From the human T2T-CHM13v2.0 reference genome, Homo sapiens, in assembly GCF_009914755.1 (NCBI RefSeq), contig NC_060935.1: DNA of 64,000 nucleotides. One strand, 5' to 3'. Below, in pieces: positions 16,898 through 31,010 of this stretch. The notes beneath the pieces are model-generated. The model saw only the letters and a list, made by a program, of their open reading frames with translations. It was not told the DNA's origin and did not search any database. The position numbers and the translations under genes were made by a program. Position 1 is the first letter of the stretch. Every line of letters starts with the position of its first letter.

Positions 16898-17690
16898 TTT
16901 TTAGTTTTTGTGGGCACATAGTAGTTGTATATATTTATGGAGTACATGAGATATTGTGGACACAGGCATGCAATGCAAAATAATCATATCATGGAGAATG
17001 GGGTATCCATCCCCTCAAGCATTTATCCTTTGTGTTACAAACAATCCAATTATAGTCTTTTAGTTATTTTTAAATATGCAATTGTTATTATTGATTACAG
17101 TCACCCTGCTGTGCTATCAAATAATAGGTCTTATTTATTCTATTTTTTTGTACCCATTAACCATCCCTCCCTTTCCACTAGCCCTCCACTACCCTTTCCA
17201 GCCACTGGTAACCATCCTTCTATTATCTATGTCCATTAGTTGAATTGTTTTGATTTTTAGATCCCACAAATAAGTGAGAACATGCGATGTTTATCTTTCT
17301 GTGCCTGGCTTATTTCACTTAACATAATGACCTCCAGTTCCATCCACGTTGTTGCAAATGACAGGATCTCATTCTTTTTGGTGGCTGAATAGTACTCCAT
17401 TGTACATGTTCCATCCATGTTGTTGCAAATGACAGGATCTCATTCTTTTTTGTGGCTGAATAGTACTCCATTGTGCATATACACCACATTTTCTTTATCC
17501 TTTCATCTGTAAATAGACACTGTGATTGCTTCCAAATCTCAGCTATCTTGAACAGTGCTGCAACAAACAGGAGTGCAGATATCTCTTCAATATACCAATT
17601 TCCTTTCTTGTGGGTAGATACCCAGCTGTGGGATTGCTGGATCATACGATAGGTCTATCTTTAGTTTTTTGTTTGTTTGTTTGTTTAATC
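16898..17690 (-). mobile_element. 5'-truncated L1MA (same sense as PAK1) with a 71-bp internal duplication
   Basis: L1MA 3' end motifs; 13-bp TSD acctcatctttaa at 16885-16897 and 17693-17705. Confidence 0.9.
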
Positions 17691-18349
17691 AGACCTCATC
17701 TTTAAACTCTCTGCCAAAGGATTTTCCAACTATACTGTTCTTGAGGTAATTCTAGCCCCTTTGTGTTCCGCTACTTCTGATTTATGATTAGTTCAGTCAA
17801 ATCTAGCCAATGGCAAATATAAAAATGTTATTAGCACATTTAAGCTGGACTTGACTTTTACTAAAAGTCTACCATGAGCTAAGTGCCAGAAAAGATAAAT
17901 GAATTCTTATTCCTCCAATCAAAAAAATATAAACACAGAATATGTAAGCAAACACATATGAAAGGTATGTACACCTTTTGCTGCAGTTGCAGGCTCTTCA
18001 TTCAAGTGCAGTTCAAGTGCAGTTCAGCTTACATATAAAAATATATAAGGTGCTATGTATGCTAGAAACCAAGAACAAATAGATGAAGGAAGACAGATAG
18101 ATAGGTAGATAGACAGATCATGAATAAAATATGACCTGACCCTAGAGGCTATCACCATCTAGTTAGCAGAAGGCAGAACCTAGAAAACCACAATGCCAGG
18201 CCAATTGTGAATAGTGCTGTAGAACAGTACAAACAGTAAAATGTCCAAACACACATGAAAGAAATGTTAAATTGAATTTGAGTGATCAGTGAAGTTTCAG
18301 AAAAGAGGTGGTATTAAGAGTAGCAGCTTAAAGAACAAATAGGTCAGAC

Positions 18350-19060
<711 letters not shown>

Positions 19061-22000
19061 TATAGTGCTTGGCCCAAAGAAAAGAGACAAAAAATGAGTG
19101 AATGATTTTCATGGAGAAAGATGATGGCAAATGCATCCAGACCACAGAATAACATAAATGTGAGAGTACAGTGTGGCAGAATGCAACATAAAGGACTAAA
19201 ATGGGAGACTGAAAAAGTGGGACAGTGCAGATCACAGCAGGTCTTTTATGTTCTGCACCACGTAGAGCACTAGACAGAAAAATGGTCCATTCTAAGCAGC
19301 TCTAGAATTGTGCAATAAATGCCCCATGTTAAAAATAAAAGATGGGGCTTTTAATTAAAAAACAAGGTTGTGGAGAGATGACAATGAGAAAAGAGGTATT
19401 GCCTGGAGGAGGAGACCATCTGCTACCCATCTGCACTGAGGACTCAGTGATGCCTTGAGTTCATACAATGGGATTAAGCATCACAGAAGATAAACGAATT
19501 CTGGTGCTTAGTCCAAGTCACACAATGAGACCTGGAGTTTAAGAGAGTCTTCCACACTGCCTAAGAGAGTTGCTAAAATTCTAGAAACAGTTTCCACAGA
19601 AAACCTTCAGGATTAACCATTTTTACAACTAGGATTTAAGCATTATTTGGGGCTGTTTTAATAATCACTAACATTAGATCACACTTTGGAGTTTACTGAA
19701 AACTTGGAAATCTATTTGGTATCATTTTTCTCATTCATCAGTGCAAATATTAATTCGTCAGCTACCGTTTGACAAGCTATGCATGAAGTGCTGAAGACAG
19801 AACAGTAAACAAGTCAGAAGAAGAAGAAGCAAAGCTTCAAAGATGCTGCCAGTCACCCAGGGTCATACAGCTAGTGGGCAGCAGAGGCAGGAACCTGAAA
19901 TTAGGCCTGTGTGGTGATAGAACCACTACACCACACTACACTGCTGACTCTAGAGGCAAAGGAAAGGAATAGATAACCTCTAATATTAACTCGAGAAGAA
20001 GAAATAAAACCTGTTCCATATACTAATCACACATTTTAGTCCAAACAGCTCACAGCAGCTGCAACTGGCATGACCAACACTCCATCCAGAACTGGGGAGT
20101 ACTGTATGCCCTTGACGCCTGGTTATGAGAATCTGATCTTTAATTATATTGTGCCAGGAGGTTTTCTTTGGCAGGGGACTGGAATGCTGCAGTCTTGAAT
20201 TTGCTGAGGGATGTCCTTCTAACATGTCAAAGATACTCCCACTATGCAGCCTGGCCACTTGCTCTGGTTTAGCAACACCTGCTAGAGCAACAGTGAGGAA
20301 AACTGTTGGCTGTTTCTGGGTGGTTAGGAAAGCTACTTTACTTTCTGATCTTCAGTTTCCTCTTAGGTAAAACGCAAACAAGACTACCTACTTTATAAAG
20401 TTATCACGAGAATTAACAAGCATATATAAAAGCACCTAGCATGCTGCCTGGCACAAAATAAATGTTCAACAAATATTTGTTCTTTCCCCCACCTATCTTT
20501 TTAGTTTCATCTCTACTATTCCCTAAACATGTCATTCCAGCTCACTATGCTTTCATGTTCCTGCCTTTGCCTATGCTGTTTTCTCTGCCTAAAATGCCCC
20601 AACTTGTCTGCCAAGCAAACTCCTACTCATTCTTCAAGGCCCAACCTGACTCACTTCCCCTATGAAACCTTCACAGAAGCCCCCAAATTTAACAGATCCC
20701 ACTACTTCTGCTCCCGAAATGTAACAGCATTCTATGTGTACTTCTATGCAACAATTTCCAAACTTCATTATATCAACCATAATCCATGCTTCTTGTCCTC
20801 ACCAGGCCATGAATAACTCAAGGGAAAAAACTGAAGTTTGTTTAATCTCTATATCCCTAGGCTGAGCTGGTACACACCTGGTAATTAGCCAAGGTTCACT
20901 GACTAAGGCAGCCTGGGTTAGCAGAAAAAACACAGGACCTGACAGGATCCTGAAGAATCAGCCAGTTTTATTTTTATAAAATAAACACCTTTATTTTATG
21001 GGAACCTGGAACCTATAGGGTTATGCAATTTACCTAAGATCACTAAATGAAAGAGTGATAAAAACATTACTAGCTTCTGATTATTCTCTTGAAAACTCTC
21101 TTTCTACACTAATTACGTAATTTGAGACAGAATGAACAAGTGACTGTATCTGGGAGGCTTCCTACAATTAGAGAAGAATGAGAGGCAGCAAAGTGAAGTG
21201 GAAACGGCAGAGAAATTTAGAGTGACAGACTGAAGTTCTCTTAGGCTGGCTCTGTACCTCTAATCCTCCCCACCCCCATCCGCACCTACGCAACTTCCTC
21301 ACTCCTACCACCTTGCAGACAGTCACTAGAGTTACTTCCAGAAACCAATATTTACAGGTCTTATAATCCTCTGCCTACCATCTTGGGAAATTCCTAATCT
21401 GCAACCCCAGTTGAGTTATTCCCAATAATTCAGGCAAAAATTGAAATTTAACCTTCAAACCTCCAAACCTCCCATTGGATGACCTGCCTTACAGGTTGAG
21501 GCCTGTAAGGCCTCATAAAGTTGAGGCCCTTACAATCGGAGAGCTGGAAGGAACCATAAAGGGGCCACTTCGTTCAACCTCCCAGGAAACAATGAAATCT
21601 ATCGTACTGTCTCCTAGTTGGTTGACCTTCCAGCCAATCTCTGCCTGAACATGTCCTGATTTCCCACATTGCCACATGCTGCCTCAATGGAAAAGTTTAT
21701 CTCAAAGTGTCAAAAACCATAGCATGAAAATGGGACAGTCCTCCCACCTCTAAAAGGTAATTAGGACTAAATCAATCAATCAGTCCTACAGTTTTCATTT
21801 ACTTCAGTCACCCATGATCACTCAAACTCTCATCTCCAAACTTTTCTGTGAACCCTCTAACCTGACCAAATTCCCTCCCCCTATGGTGACTCTGGAACCC
21901 TTCCACTGTTCCCTCTGGAACTTCTCATTTGCCACTGGCTACACTCTTGCTCCTTTACCTTAAAAGAAATCTGGCTATGCCCTGAAGAAGAGGCTTCTCT

Positions 22001-22722
22001 ACAAGCCCTCTCAATTGGAAGCTGTTTTCCCTCTTACACCCTACCTATCAGTGTAGTCCTTAATTTTCAGTGCCATTTCCAAACCATGTCTTTCTCTTCC
22101 TCTTGTAAAAACCTATATTTTCCTTTGAGTAGCTTCCACTGGCTGCTATCGCACATCTTTGCAGACTACTATTCACTTTCTGGTCACTCCCACTGAAAGG
22201 CTTTAGTTCCAGGTTCAATCTTCTTCTGAACCCCTCTAGTCATCATTCTAGGTGACTTCAACAGCCACAATGATGATCATGTCAACACCCTGGCCACTCC
22301 ATTTTCTGACCTCCAGTCCAAGTTAGCCAATACTCTCATGATTACACCCAGGACCTTATCACCAAAATGTGCAACAATTCCAATACATAGAATGAATCAT
22401 ATATACTCCAGAGACAACCTTGCTCAAGAATTTCCACTACAATTCCTAGACTTCAATTTGAGCTCCAATAAACTATCCAGCAGTCCCCTGCCTTTTTTTC
22501 CTCTCTTTATCTAATCATGATCCATCAAAATTACTCAAACATCAAAAACCATCAACCCCTTGCCCTTCCCTCCTTTTCCAAAATTTAACTGGCAAAATCC
22601 TAGCTTTAGGATAGTTGAACTCAACTTTCTCCCAACTGTCATTATACTTAAGCAGCCAAATGTCCTAGAGAACATTACAAAACCCAGTTAACTGCTTTCA
22701 CTTGAAAGTTATGATTACCTTC

Positions 22723-23107
22723 TGCTTTGGTTTGAATGTGTCCCCAAAGTTCAAGTATTGGAAACTTAATCCTCACTGCAAGTGTTGAGAGGTGAGATCT
22801 TTAAAAGGTGATTGGGTCATGAGGGCTCTGGCCTCATGAATGGATTAATGTCATTATCATAGGAGTAAATTAGTTATCAAGAGAGTGGGTTCCTGATCAA
22901 AAGGATGAGTTCACCCCCACTTCCCTTGTTACTCTTGCTCTCTTGCCCTTCCACCTTCTACCACGGAATAACACAGCAAGAAGGCCCTCACCAGATGCAG
23001 GTACCTTGGACTTCCCAGCTCTAGAACTTTAAGAAATATGTTTCTTTTCTTTAGAAATTACCTAGTCTGTCGTATTCTATCATAGCAACACAAAATAGGC
23101 TAAGACA
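22723..23107 (+). mobile_element. MST-type MaLR solo LTR (MSTC/D-like)
   Basis: TG...CA ends tgctttggtttgaatgtgtcccc...ggctaagaca; 5-bp TSD-like ccttc/ctttc. Confidence 0.88.
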
Positions 23108-23164
23108 CTTTCCTACATATGATTACCCTACCTCAAATGGGAATTCAACTGGATTTTCCACTAG

Positions 23165-23616
<452 letters not shown>

Positions 23617-23739
23617 TGAAGGAGGTGTTCTTCCTCTCATCCGAAGCCAATTCTCTCTTATCCCTGTATTCCTTCACTCGTTCTCACCTGGAATAATCTG
23701 CTCTTTCAGCTATGTCAACCTTTCCCTCTCTGTTAGATA

Positions 23740-24560
23740 TATTCAGTCATTCAACAAACATTTATTGAGCATCTACAAAGTACCAATACTAATCTAGTTG
23801 AATAAGAGAAAGGCCTTGTGCTCATAGAGTTTATGGTCTAGTAAGAGATGCAGACAGAGAAATACACAAATAAACACACAATATCAAGTCCACGTGTATG
23901 TGTGAATATGAGGGGGAGGCGCATGCATGGGGCATGGTACATAAAAGAAGATAATCAAGACAGGCTTCTCTGAGAAACAGTTACTTAAGACCTCATTTAA
24001 ATGAGACAGCAAATCATAGTAATATCTGGAAAAGCATTTTAAGCGAAGGAGTAATAAGTACAAATGTCTTAGATGAGAATACACTGGGCATGTAGGACAG
24101 CAAAAAGACTGGCAAGACTAAAGTTGAGTAAACAAAGAGAAATATGGTAAGCGACTGGGATCAGAGATGTAACCAGAGGTCAGACAGTGTGGAACTTTAT
24201 AGGCCACAATAAATTTGGCTTTTCAGCAAGTGTGGAAAGACACTGAAGGGTTTTGAGCACTGATCTGATTTATGTTTTTAAACAGACCACTCTAGCAGCA
24301 GAGGAGAACAGGCTGCAGGGGAACAATGCAGAAGTGGAGAGACCATTAGGGAGTTATTGCAATAATCCAGGTGAAAACTAATGGTGGCTTAGATGATTGG
24401 CAATAGGGGGAGAGAAGTAATTCAAAGGCAGATACATTTTGAAGGTAGAGTCAAATGAGTTAAAGATTAGATACAGCATGTGATTAAAAAAAAAAGAAAA
24501 ATTAAGATGGTATCTAAATTTCTGGACTGATCTGAGAAATACTGGGTGAATGTAAACAAG
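23740..24560 (-). mobile_element. L2 3' fragment nested in the opposite orientation
   Basis: Begins with the reverse L2 tail cattcaacaaacatttattgagc; purine-rich L2 body. Confidence 0.75.
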
Positions 24561-24580
24561 TTTTGGCATCTCCTATTCAA

Positions 24581-24597
24581 AGACAGACAGACAGACA

Positions 24598-24638
<41 letters not shown>
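24581..24638. repeat. (GACA)n-(CA)n microsatellite
   Basis: Directly visible. Confidence 0.95.
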
Positions 24639-24642
<4 letters not shown>

Positions 24643-25418
24643 CCCTTGACACCCACATCCTCCTCCAAATACCACTTATTTCTCTGCTCCCCTTCATAGC
24701 AAAACTTCTCAGAACTGTCTACTTAAACTATCTCCACTTCCTCCCCTTCTGTCTGCCAACTAACAATCTACCATTTCATCAAAAGCAGTCTTGTCAAGAT
24801 TATCAATTATCCCCATCTTGCCAAATCAAATCCTTATTTTTCTGTCCTCACGTTACTCAGTATCTTGGCAGCATTAAACGCAATTGACCTCTCTTCTCTT
24901 TCAAATACTCTACTTTCCTGTCTTCTAGGGAAGTACACTCACTTGGCTTTCCTTCCATCTTTCTGTCTACTCCTACCTCGTTTGCAGAATCCTCCTTCTC
25001 CAGCTATCATCCACACATCCAAGGCTTGGGACCTTCCTTGCTCGGAACCTTCCTTACTGATACACTACACTTTTCCCAAGATTATTTCCTCCATTCTCAT
25101 GGCTTTACATATTATTAATACGTTGATAATGCCCAAGTTTTGATCTCTAGACCAAACAGCTTTCTTCAGCCTAAAAACCATCTATTAGACAACTCCACCT
25201 GCGTTTCTCATCAGTACCTCAAATCTAACAAGACCAAACGGAACTCTTGGTTTTCACAGCATCATCATGAGTTGTAATTATATTTGTTTACTTATTATAT
25301 ATCTCCCTCAATAAGTGATAAGCTTTGTAAAGGAGCAACGATATGCTTTTGTAAGTCTGCTGTGCTTACCAAAGTATACTCAGCAACTAAATAGGACTTG
25401 GCAAGAGTAAGCACTCAA

Positions 25419-25718
25419 AGCCAGGTGCAGTGGCTCATGCCTGTAATCCCAGCACTTTGGGGAGGCTGAGGTGGGTGGATCACTAGAGCTCAGGAGTTTG
25501 AGATCTGCCTGGGCAATGTGGTGAAACCCTGTCTCTACAAAAAATACAAAAGCTAGCCAGGTGTGGTGGCAGGCACCGGTAGTCCCAGCTACTCAAGAGG
25601 CTGAGGTGGGAGGATTGCTTGAGCCAAAAGGTCAAGACTGCAGTGAGTGAGCTGAGATTGCTCCACTACACTCCAGGCTGGGCAACAGACAGAGATACGA
25701 TTTCAAAGGAAAAAAAAA
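25419..25718 (+). mobile_element. AluJ/old AluS
   Basis: Forward dimer with ggaggattgcttgagcc. Confidence 0.9.
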
Positions 25719-27240
25719 GAGTAGACACCCAGTATCAACACCAAGATTTACTAGACCCTGTCCCTGCCCTCAAAAATCTCACAGACTAATGGGAAAGGCA
25801 GATACATTAACCACAATAACAATACAATATGGTAACTGGCACTATTGATTGGTGAGAGGAAAGACATAGGTGCTGCATGAATCCAGAAGAGGGGCCCTTA
25901 ACAGCCTAGGAGTCAGGGGACTTGTAGAATAAGTATAGCTATTACGTGCCTACTATATAATTATTATTATTTTTTTATATGATTATTTTTAAGCTTTATA
26001 ATAACCCTTCAAAGTAGGTATGAATATCTTCCATTTTTATATATGAAGCTTAAAAAGATTAAAAATCAGGTAACAGTAAGTGGTAGAACCAGGATTTGAA
26101 CTGAAGTCAATCTACTTTTAAGTCCCCCTTCCCCTTTTTGTGTTACATCATAAGAAGTCACTAAAAGTATCTTTTATAATTGCCACCTACTATCTGTTCG
26201 ACCTTAAATAAAGCACATACTTCGTGGTTTTTGTTTGACCATGGAACTAAATTACCAGTCCTAAAGCCCTATCTACCCCACTCCTTTTCCTTTACTCACG
26301 GAGGATTGAGGTTCAATCCTCTCCTATTAGTCTGTGAGTTTTTCGAGGGCAGAGAAAGGGTCTAGTAAATCTTGGTGTCTATACTGAGTGCCTATTCTTG
26401 CCTGTCAGTGGCAACCCTAGGCTTTCAGGCTATAGCATCTGAGCAATTTTTCACGGCTTGAAAATGCACTCGGGAACAACCACAATGATATCTATATAGC
26501 ACTTTACAAAGCATTTTCACGCATTCATTATTTCATCTGATCCTCACCAACCCTATGAGGTGTTAAATCCCTATTCTATAGAGGCCAGTGGAAGCAAAAA
26601 TGCCTAGCCTAGCTGCATCTGGTCTCTGGACTCTGCAACCCGCCAGAAATTGAATTTAAGTAAATGGAACAGGGAGGAAAGGAAGGAAGAGATCAAATGA
26701 CTCAGAGAGGGAGCTCAGCATATAGTCACCCAAGTGGCCTCGAGCCAGAAGTTAACAGGGACGAAGTCTGTTTCCCTTCCAAGGTAATGAGTGTTTGTTT
26801 GGCTATGGCACAGTGACCTGCCACATGGGATTGTTCTTTTTTTCATGTCAGCAGTACCTAGAGTCTAGCCCCAAAAGTAGGCAGAAAAGAGGATATAGGA
26901 AAACTCTTTGTACACTGTATGTATACACAAACTCAGGAGATAACAGGGTATAAGAGAATAGATATCACCTTCAGAGAAGACTTAAGTTTAGGTCCTAGCT
27001 CTGCCACTGTCTTGCTAAATCAAAAGTGCCCTCTTCTGCATTATCACAGCCCCTTGTGCTTCCTTCTACAATACTTACCACATGAGCGTCCACATTCCTT
27101 GATCTGCATTTGAGAGCAACAACTGAGGCCAGTTTCAATTTTTGTATCGCCACCAACCTAGTACCATAATTAGCATAGAGTAGATGGTTCAGAAATATTT
27201 GATAATGGATGGATGCAATATTCAAAGCTCTGTGAATATT

Positions 27241-27455
27241 GTACATACATATATACACACACACATATATACATACACACACATACACACGATCGTACGT
27301 ACCATTGCACTCTAGCCTGAGCAAAACAGCAAGATCCTGTCTCAAGAAAAGAAAAAGAAAAAGACAGGCAATAATAGATGCTGGCAAGGATGGGGAGAAA
27401 GAGGAACCCTCATGTTGTTGACAAAAATGTAAATTAGTAGAGCCACTATGGAGAA

Positions 27456-27497
<42 letters not shown>
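27241..27497. repeat. (TA/CA)n microsatellite interrupted by a ~165-bp copy of the downstream Alu-tail/L1 junction
   Basis: 27291-27455 matches 28149-28311; CA-rich repeats on both sides. Confidence 0.9.
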
Positions 27498-27499
<2 letters not shown>

Positions 27500-27614
27500 C
27501 ACATTCTGACAGTGAGTGCCAATAAAACAGTAATCTTGTCGTTCTCATCTCTGCTTTCCCTCTAACTCCCCCACTTTAAGGACAGTGCTCACAAAAATTC
27601 CGTTGATTAACGAA

Positions 27615-28830
27615 GTGGAGACAACCCACAAAATGGGAGAAAATATTTGTAAGCTATCCATCTGACAAAGGATTAATAACGAGAATATATAAGGCGCTCA
27701 AACAACTTAATAGCAAAAAAAACAAGTAATCCAATTTAAAAACTGGCAAAGATCTGAACGGACATTTTTCGTAACAAGAGATACAAATAACCAACAGGTA
27801 CATGAAAAAAATGCTCAACATCACTAACATCAGAGAAATACAAATCAAAACCATAATGTGATATCATCTCACTCCAGTTAAAATGGCTTGTATCAAAAAG
27901 ACAGGCAAAGGCTGGGCACGATGGCTCATGCCTGTAATCCCAACACTTTGGGAGGGCAAGGCAGGCAGATCACTTGAGCCCAGGAGTTCACAACCACTCT
28001 GGGCAACATAAGGAGACCACACTTCTAAAAAAAAAAAATTTTTTTTTTATTAGCCAGGCATGCTGACATGTGCCTGCAGTCCCAACTACTTCAGAGGTTG
28101 AGGTAGGAGACTGCTTGAGCCTAGGAGGTTGAAGCTGCAGTAGGCCATGATCGTACCATTGCACTCCAGCCTGGGCAACAGAGCAAGACCCTGTCTCAAG
28201 AAAAGAAAAAGAAAAAGACAGGCAATAACAGATGCTGGCAAGGATGGGGAGAAAGAGGAACCCTCATATGCTGTTGGTGAAAATGTAAATTAGTAGAGCC
28301 ACTATGGAGAATAGCATGGAGGTTCCTCAGAAACTAAACATAGAACTATCATGATTCAGCAATTCCACTACTGAGTATATATCTAAAAGAAAGCAAATCA
28401 ATATATGAAAGATATCACACTCCCATGAATCCTGTAGCACTATTCATAATAGCCAAAATGAAAATGTGTATATACACAATATATATTTGTGTATATATGT
28501 ATATATACACACAACGGAATATTATTCAGCCATAAAAAAGAATAAAATCCTGTCATTTGCAGCAACATGGATGACACTGGATACCATTTTTTCAGGTAAA
28601 AAAAAAGCCAGGTACAGGAAGACAAATATCACATGTTCTCACTCATATGTAGGAGGTAAAAAAAGTAGATCTCATGATGATACAGAGTAGACTGGTGGTT
28701 ACCAAAGGCCAGGAAAGGGAGTGAGGAGGATGAAGGGGGAAAAAAAGATATAAATGTACTTACTGAAACTGAACTGTACACTTAAACATGATAAACATGG
28801 TAAATTCTTTCAAAATTTTTAACTAAAAAA
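27615..28830 (+). mobile_element. L1MA-type 3' fragment
   Basis: L1 ORF2 C-terminal and 3'UTR motifs (gacaacccacaaaatgggagaaaatatttg, aaaatcctgtcatttgcagcaacatggatg). Confidence 0.88.
27910..28215 (+). mobile_element. AluJ inserted in L1
   Basis: Forward dimer; TSD aaaaagacaggcaa. Confidence 0.92.
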
Positions 28831-30619
28831 AAATTTGCTGAGTAGAAATCAGTTCAAAAAGCCAGTCATCAAAGGGGAAGATAATTAACCTATATAGTCC
28901 CCTTTCCCAGACTATAATCTTTCTCTTTCTACACACAAATAACCACTATCTTGTCCAGGCCACCCTCTTCTTCAAAAGAGCACTGTCTTCTCCTCCAGGC
29001 CTCCTCCTCCTCCTGTCCCTCCAACCCATCCCTGCTATCCTCCCTCTTCTTTCCTGGGCTACCTCCTTTCCTCCAGATCAGCACTATCTCACAGCTGCCA
29101 GAGTTTCTGGTCCTCCCAGTCACTCATCTCACTAAAGGGAACTTGAGCCTCTGCCCAGCACTACTTGACATTCTTGCTCTCCTCCCACTCAGGCCCCCCA
29201 CTTCCCATCTTGCTTATTCCCTACTGCCTACCTGCTTGCTGCCCCACCACCACCAGCAAAGATGGGAAACAAATGCAGGAAGAGGGAGTGCTTGTTGGCA
29301 GGCCCAAGGCAAGGCACAGAGGCAGTAAAGAGAGAGAATGGTCCTGGGGAAGATAGAATTTGGAGGTAAAAGCTAGATGCAAGTGAGTTAGGTAGAAAAC
29401 AATGTTTGGACCTCATAAACACAGGAAAAGGTCTCTACAAACCAGTAACCTACTAATAATAAGAAAGCTTAACCAAAAATTTTAGAAAAGAGAAGAAAGC
29501 CTAATCAAGAGGGGGAGGATCCAAGAGAGGGAAGGAAAGACTGGCTACACAGGGGGAGAAATACAAAAGGGGAAGCATGAGGGGAGGAGGAAGGGTGAAG
29601 GGGACGGCGGGAGAAAAGGTAGGCAGGGGGCAGGAAAAATGATCAGGAGGAGGAAATAGAAAGAAAAGTGAGGAGAGGAAGACGTAGAGTCATGAAAAAA
29701 CTAGGGGGAGGAAAGAGGTCCAAAATAATCAAAGTAGGTTATTATCGGGCCTGACATGAGCTTCTTGGTGCCAGGTAATAAAGAAGGAAAGAATTATAGT
29801 GATTAAGATATTACCACAGCCAGGTCTGTCATTAACTTAGCAGAATAAGGAAGGGGCTCCAGAGAAGAGAGTCTAGTTTAACGCAACTTTATACCTAAGG
29901 ACAGAAAAACTGGCCAGTTTAGAATCATTAACATACCTTGACCTTCTACTTCCCAACCCTACCTCCCTACACCTAACACACCTACGCATCACACTAAAAT
30001 AAGCATCAGCATTCTCAGTCTCTGCTTTGTCCCTGAAGAACCACCAAGATGCCATTCAAAAGGCTGGCTGGAAGACAGGATACCAAGGTCTACTTCCCAA
30101 GTTCTCCTCTCTTCTACAGTGTTGAGGGGGACATCTCTGCAGCCCATTTTAGCACTTTAAACCAGCTCACCTCTCCAAAAGATGGTTTGACAGTCTGGAA
30201 AAGCCAGAGTAACAAACAATGTCAAGTCCTTCACTGCACAGATATGGCAACTCAAGCCACAGAGGATGTCTGAATAGGACCAGTCCCCCCAGGTCTCCTC
30301 CCTCCCAGTTCACTCAACCTCTTAACACAGAAAAGCCCCCACAGTCCCAGTAGGCCAGCGACTAAGCCAAGGCAGAGGAAAGCACCACGTTGGCCACCAA
30401 GCAGAAGGGCGCTTGCAAAGGAGCAGAGCTTCTGAGGCTGAGCGGTTCCCCAAAGGCGCAGCTTCCCCTTCACACCCTTCCCTGGGCAGAGCTCTGATTC
30501 CAGTGCAGGCCTAGCCCTGGGTGGGCTCATCTAAAGGTTCCACCCTCAGCCCTTTCTCTCATTTAGGGTCCCTTAAGGTAAGAGGAAAGTAAGACACCCC
30601 TCAAAATCTACTGGACCCC

Positions 30620-31010
30620 GTGTCACCACTCTCCGAAAGCCGGCGGAGATCCCCCAGAACCCGGCCCAGCTAGGGGAGCCCCAGGCAGGGCCGGCATTAC
30701 CTGGTGGGGAAGGCTAGCCCCGGCATCTCTGGCGATTGTTTCCGTCGCAGAGCCGCACCTCTCCCTGCCCAACCGGGTACCCACAAGGCCCCTGCTCCAC
30801 CGGCTCCGCTCGATTCAGCTGGGCTGGGCTCCTGGCAGCTCAGCCGCCAGCTCCCGAGGTGCAGCACGCTCGCGCTCTCGCAGGGCGGCAGCGAAGGCGC
30901 CGCGTCGGGGTTGGCGAAACAGAAGGGGCGGGGGAAGAAAGGAGGGAAGGAGGCGGGAGGAAGCCGCGCGCTTCTCCTTTTCTGCAAAGCAGAGCTGAGG
31001 GCGGGGAGAC
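30620..31010 (-). promoter_or_regulatory. PAK1: CpG island, probable internal/alternative PAK1 promoter
   Basis: Only CpG-dense non-Alu stretch in the window; GC boxes (GGGGCGGGG at 30925-30933 and GAGGGCGGGG near 30997). Confidence 0.8.
30701..30900 (-). other. PAK1: Probable alternative non-coding first exon of PAK1 (5' boundary uncertain)
   Basis: Consensus-like donor CAG|GTAATG at 30701/30700 on the PAK1 strand, at the downstream edge of the CpG island. Confidence 0.65.

Noticed and set aside
26995-27548. 175-aa and neighbouring ORFs
   Set aside because: They are made of microsatellite (VCVC), Alu and L1 sequence.
30701-30816. ATG-initiated N-terminal extension of PAK1 from the CpG-island exon
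   Set aside because: The frame matching PAK1 has no ATG before an in-frame TGA at about 30816-30814; only near-cognate codons are present.
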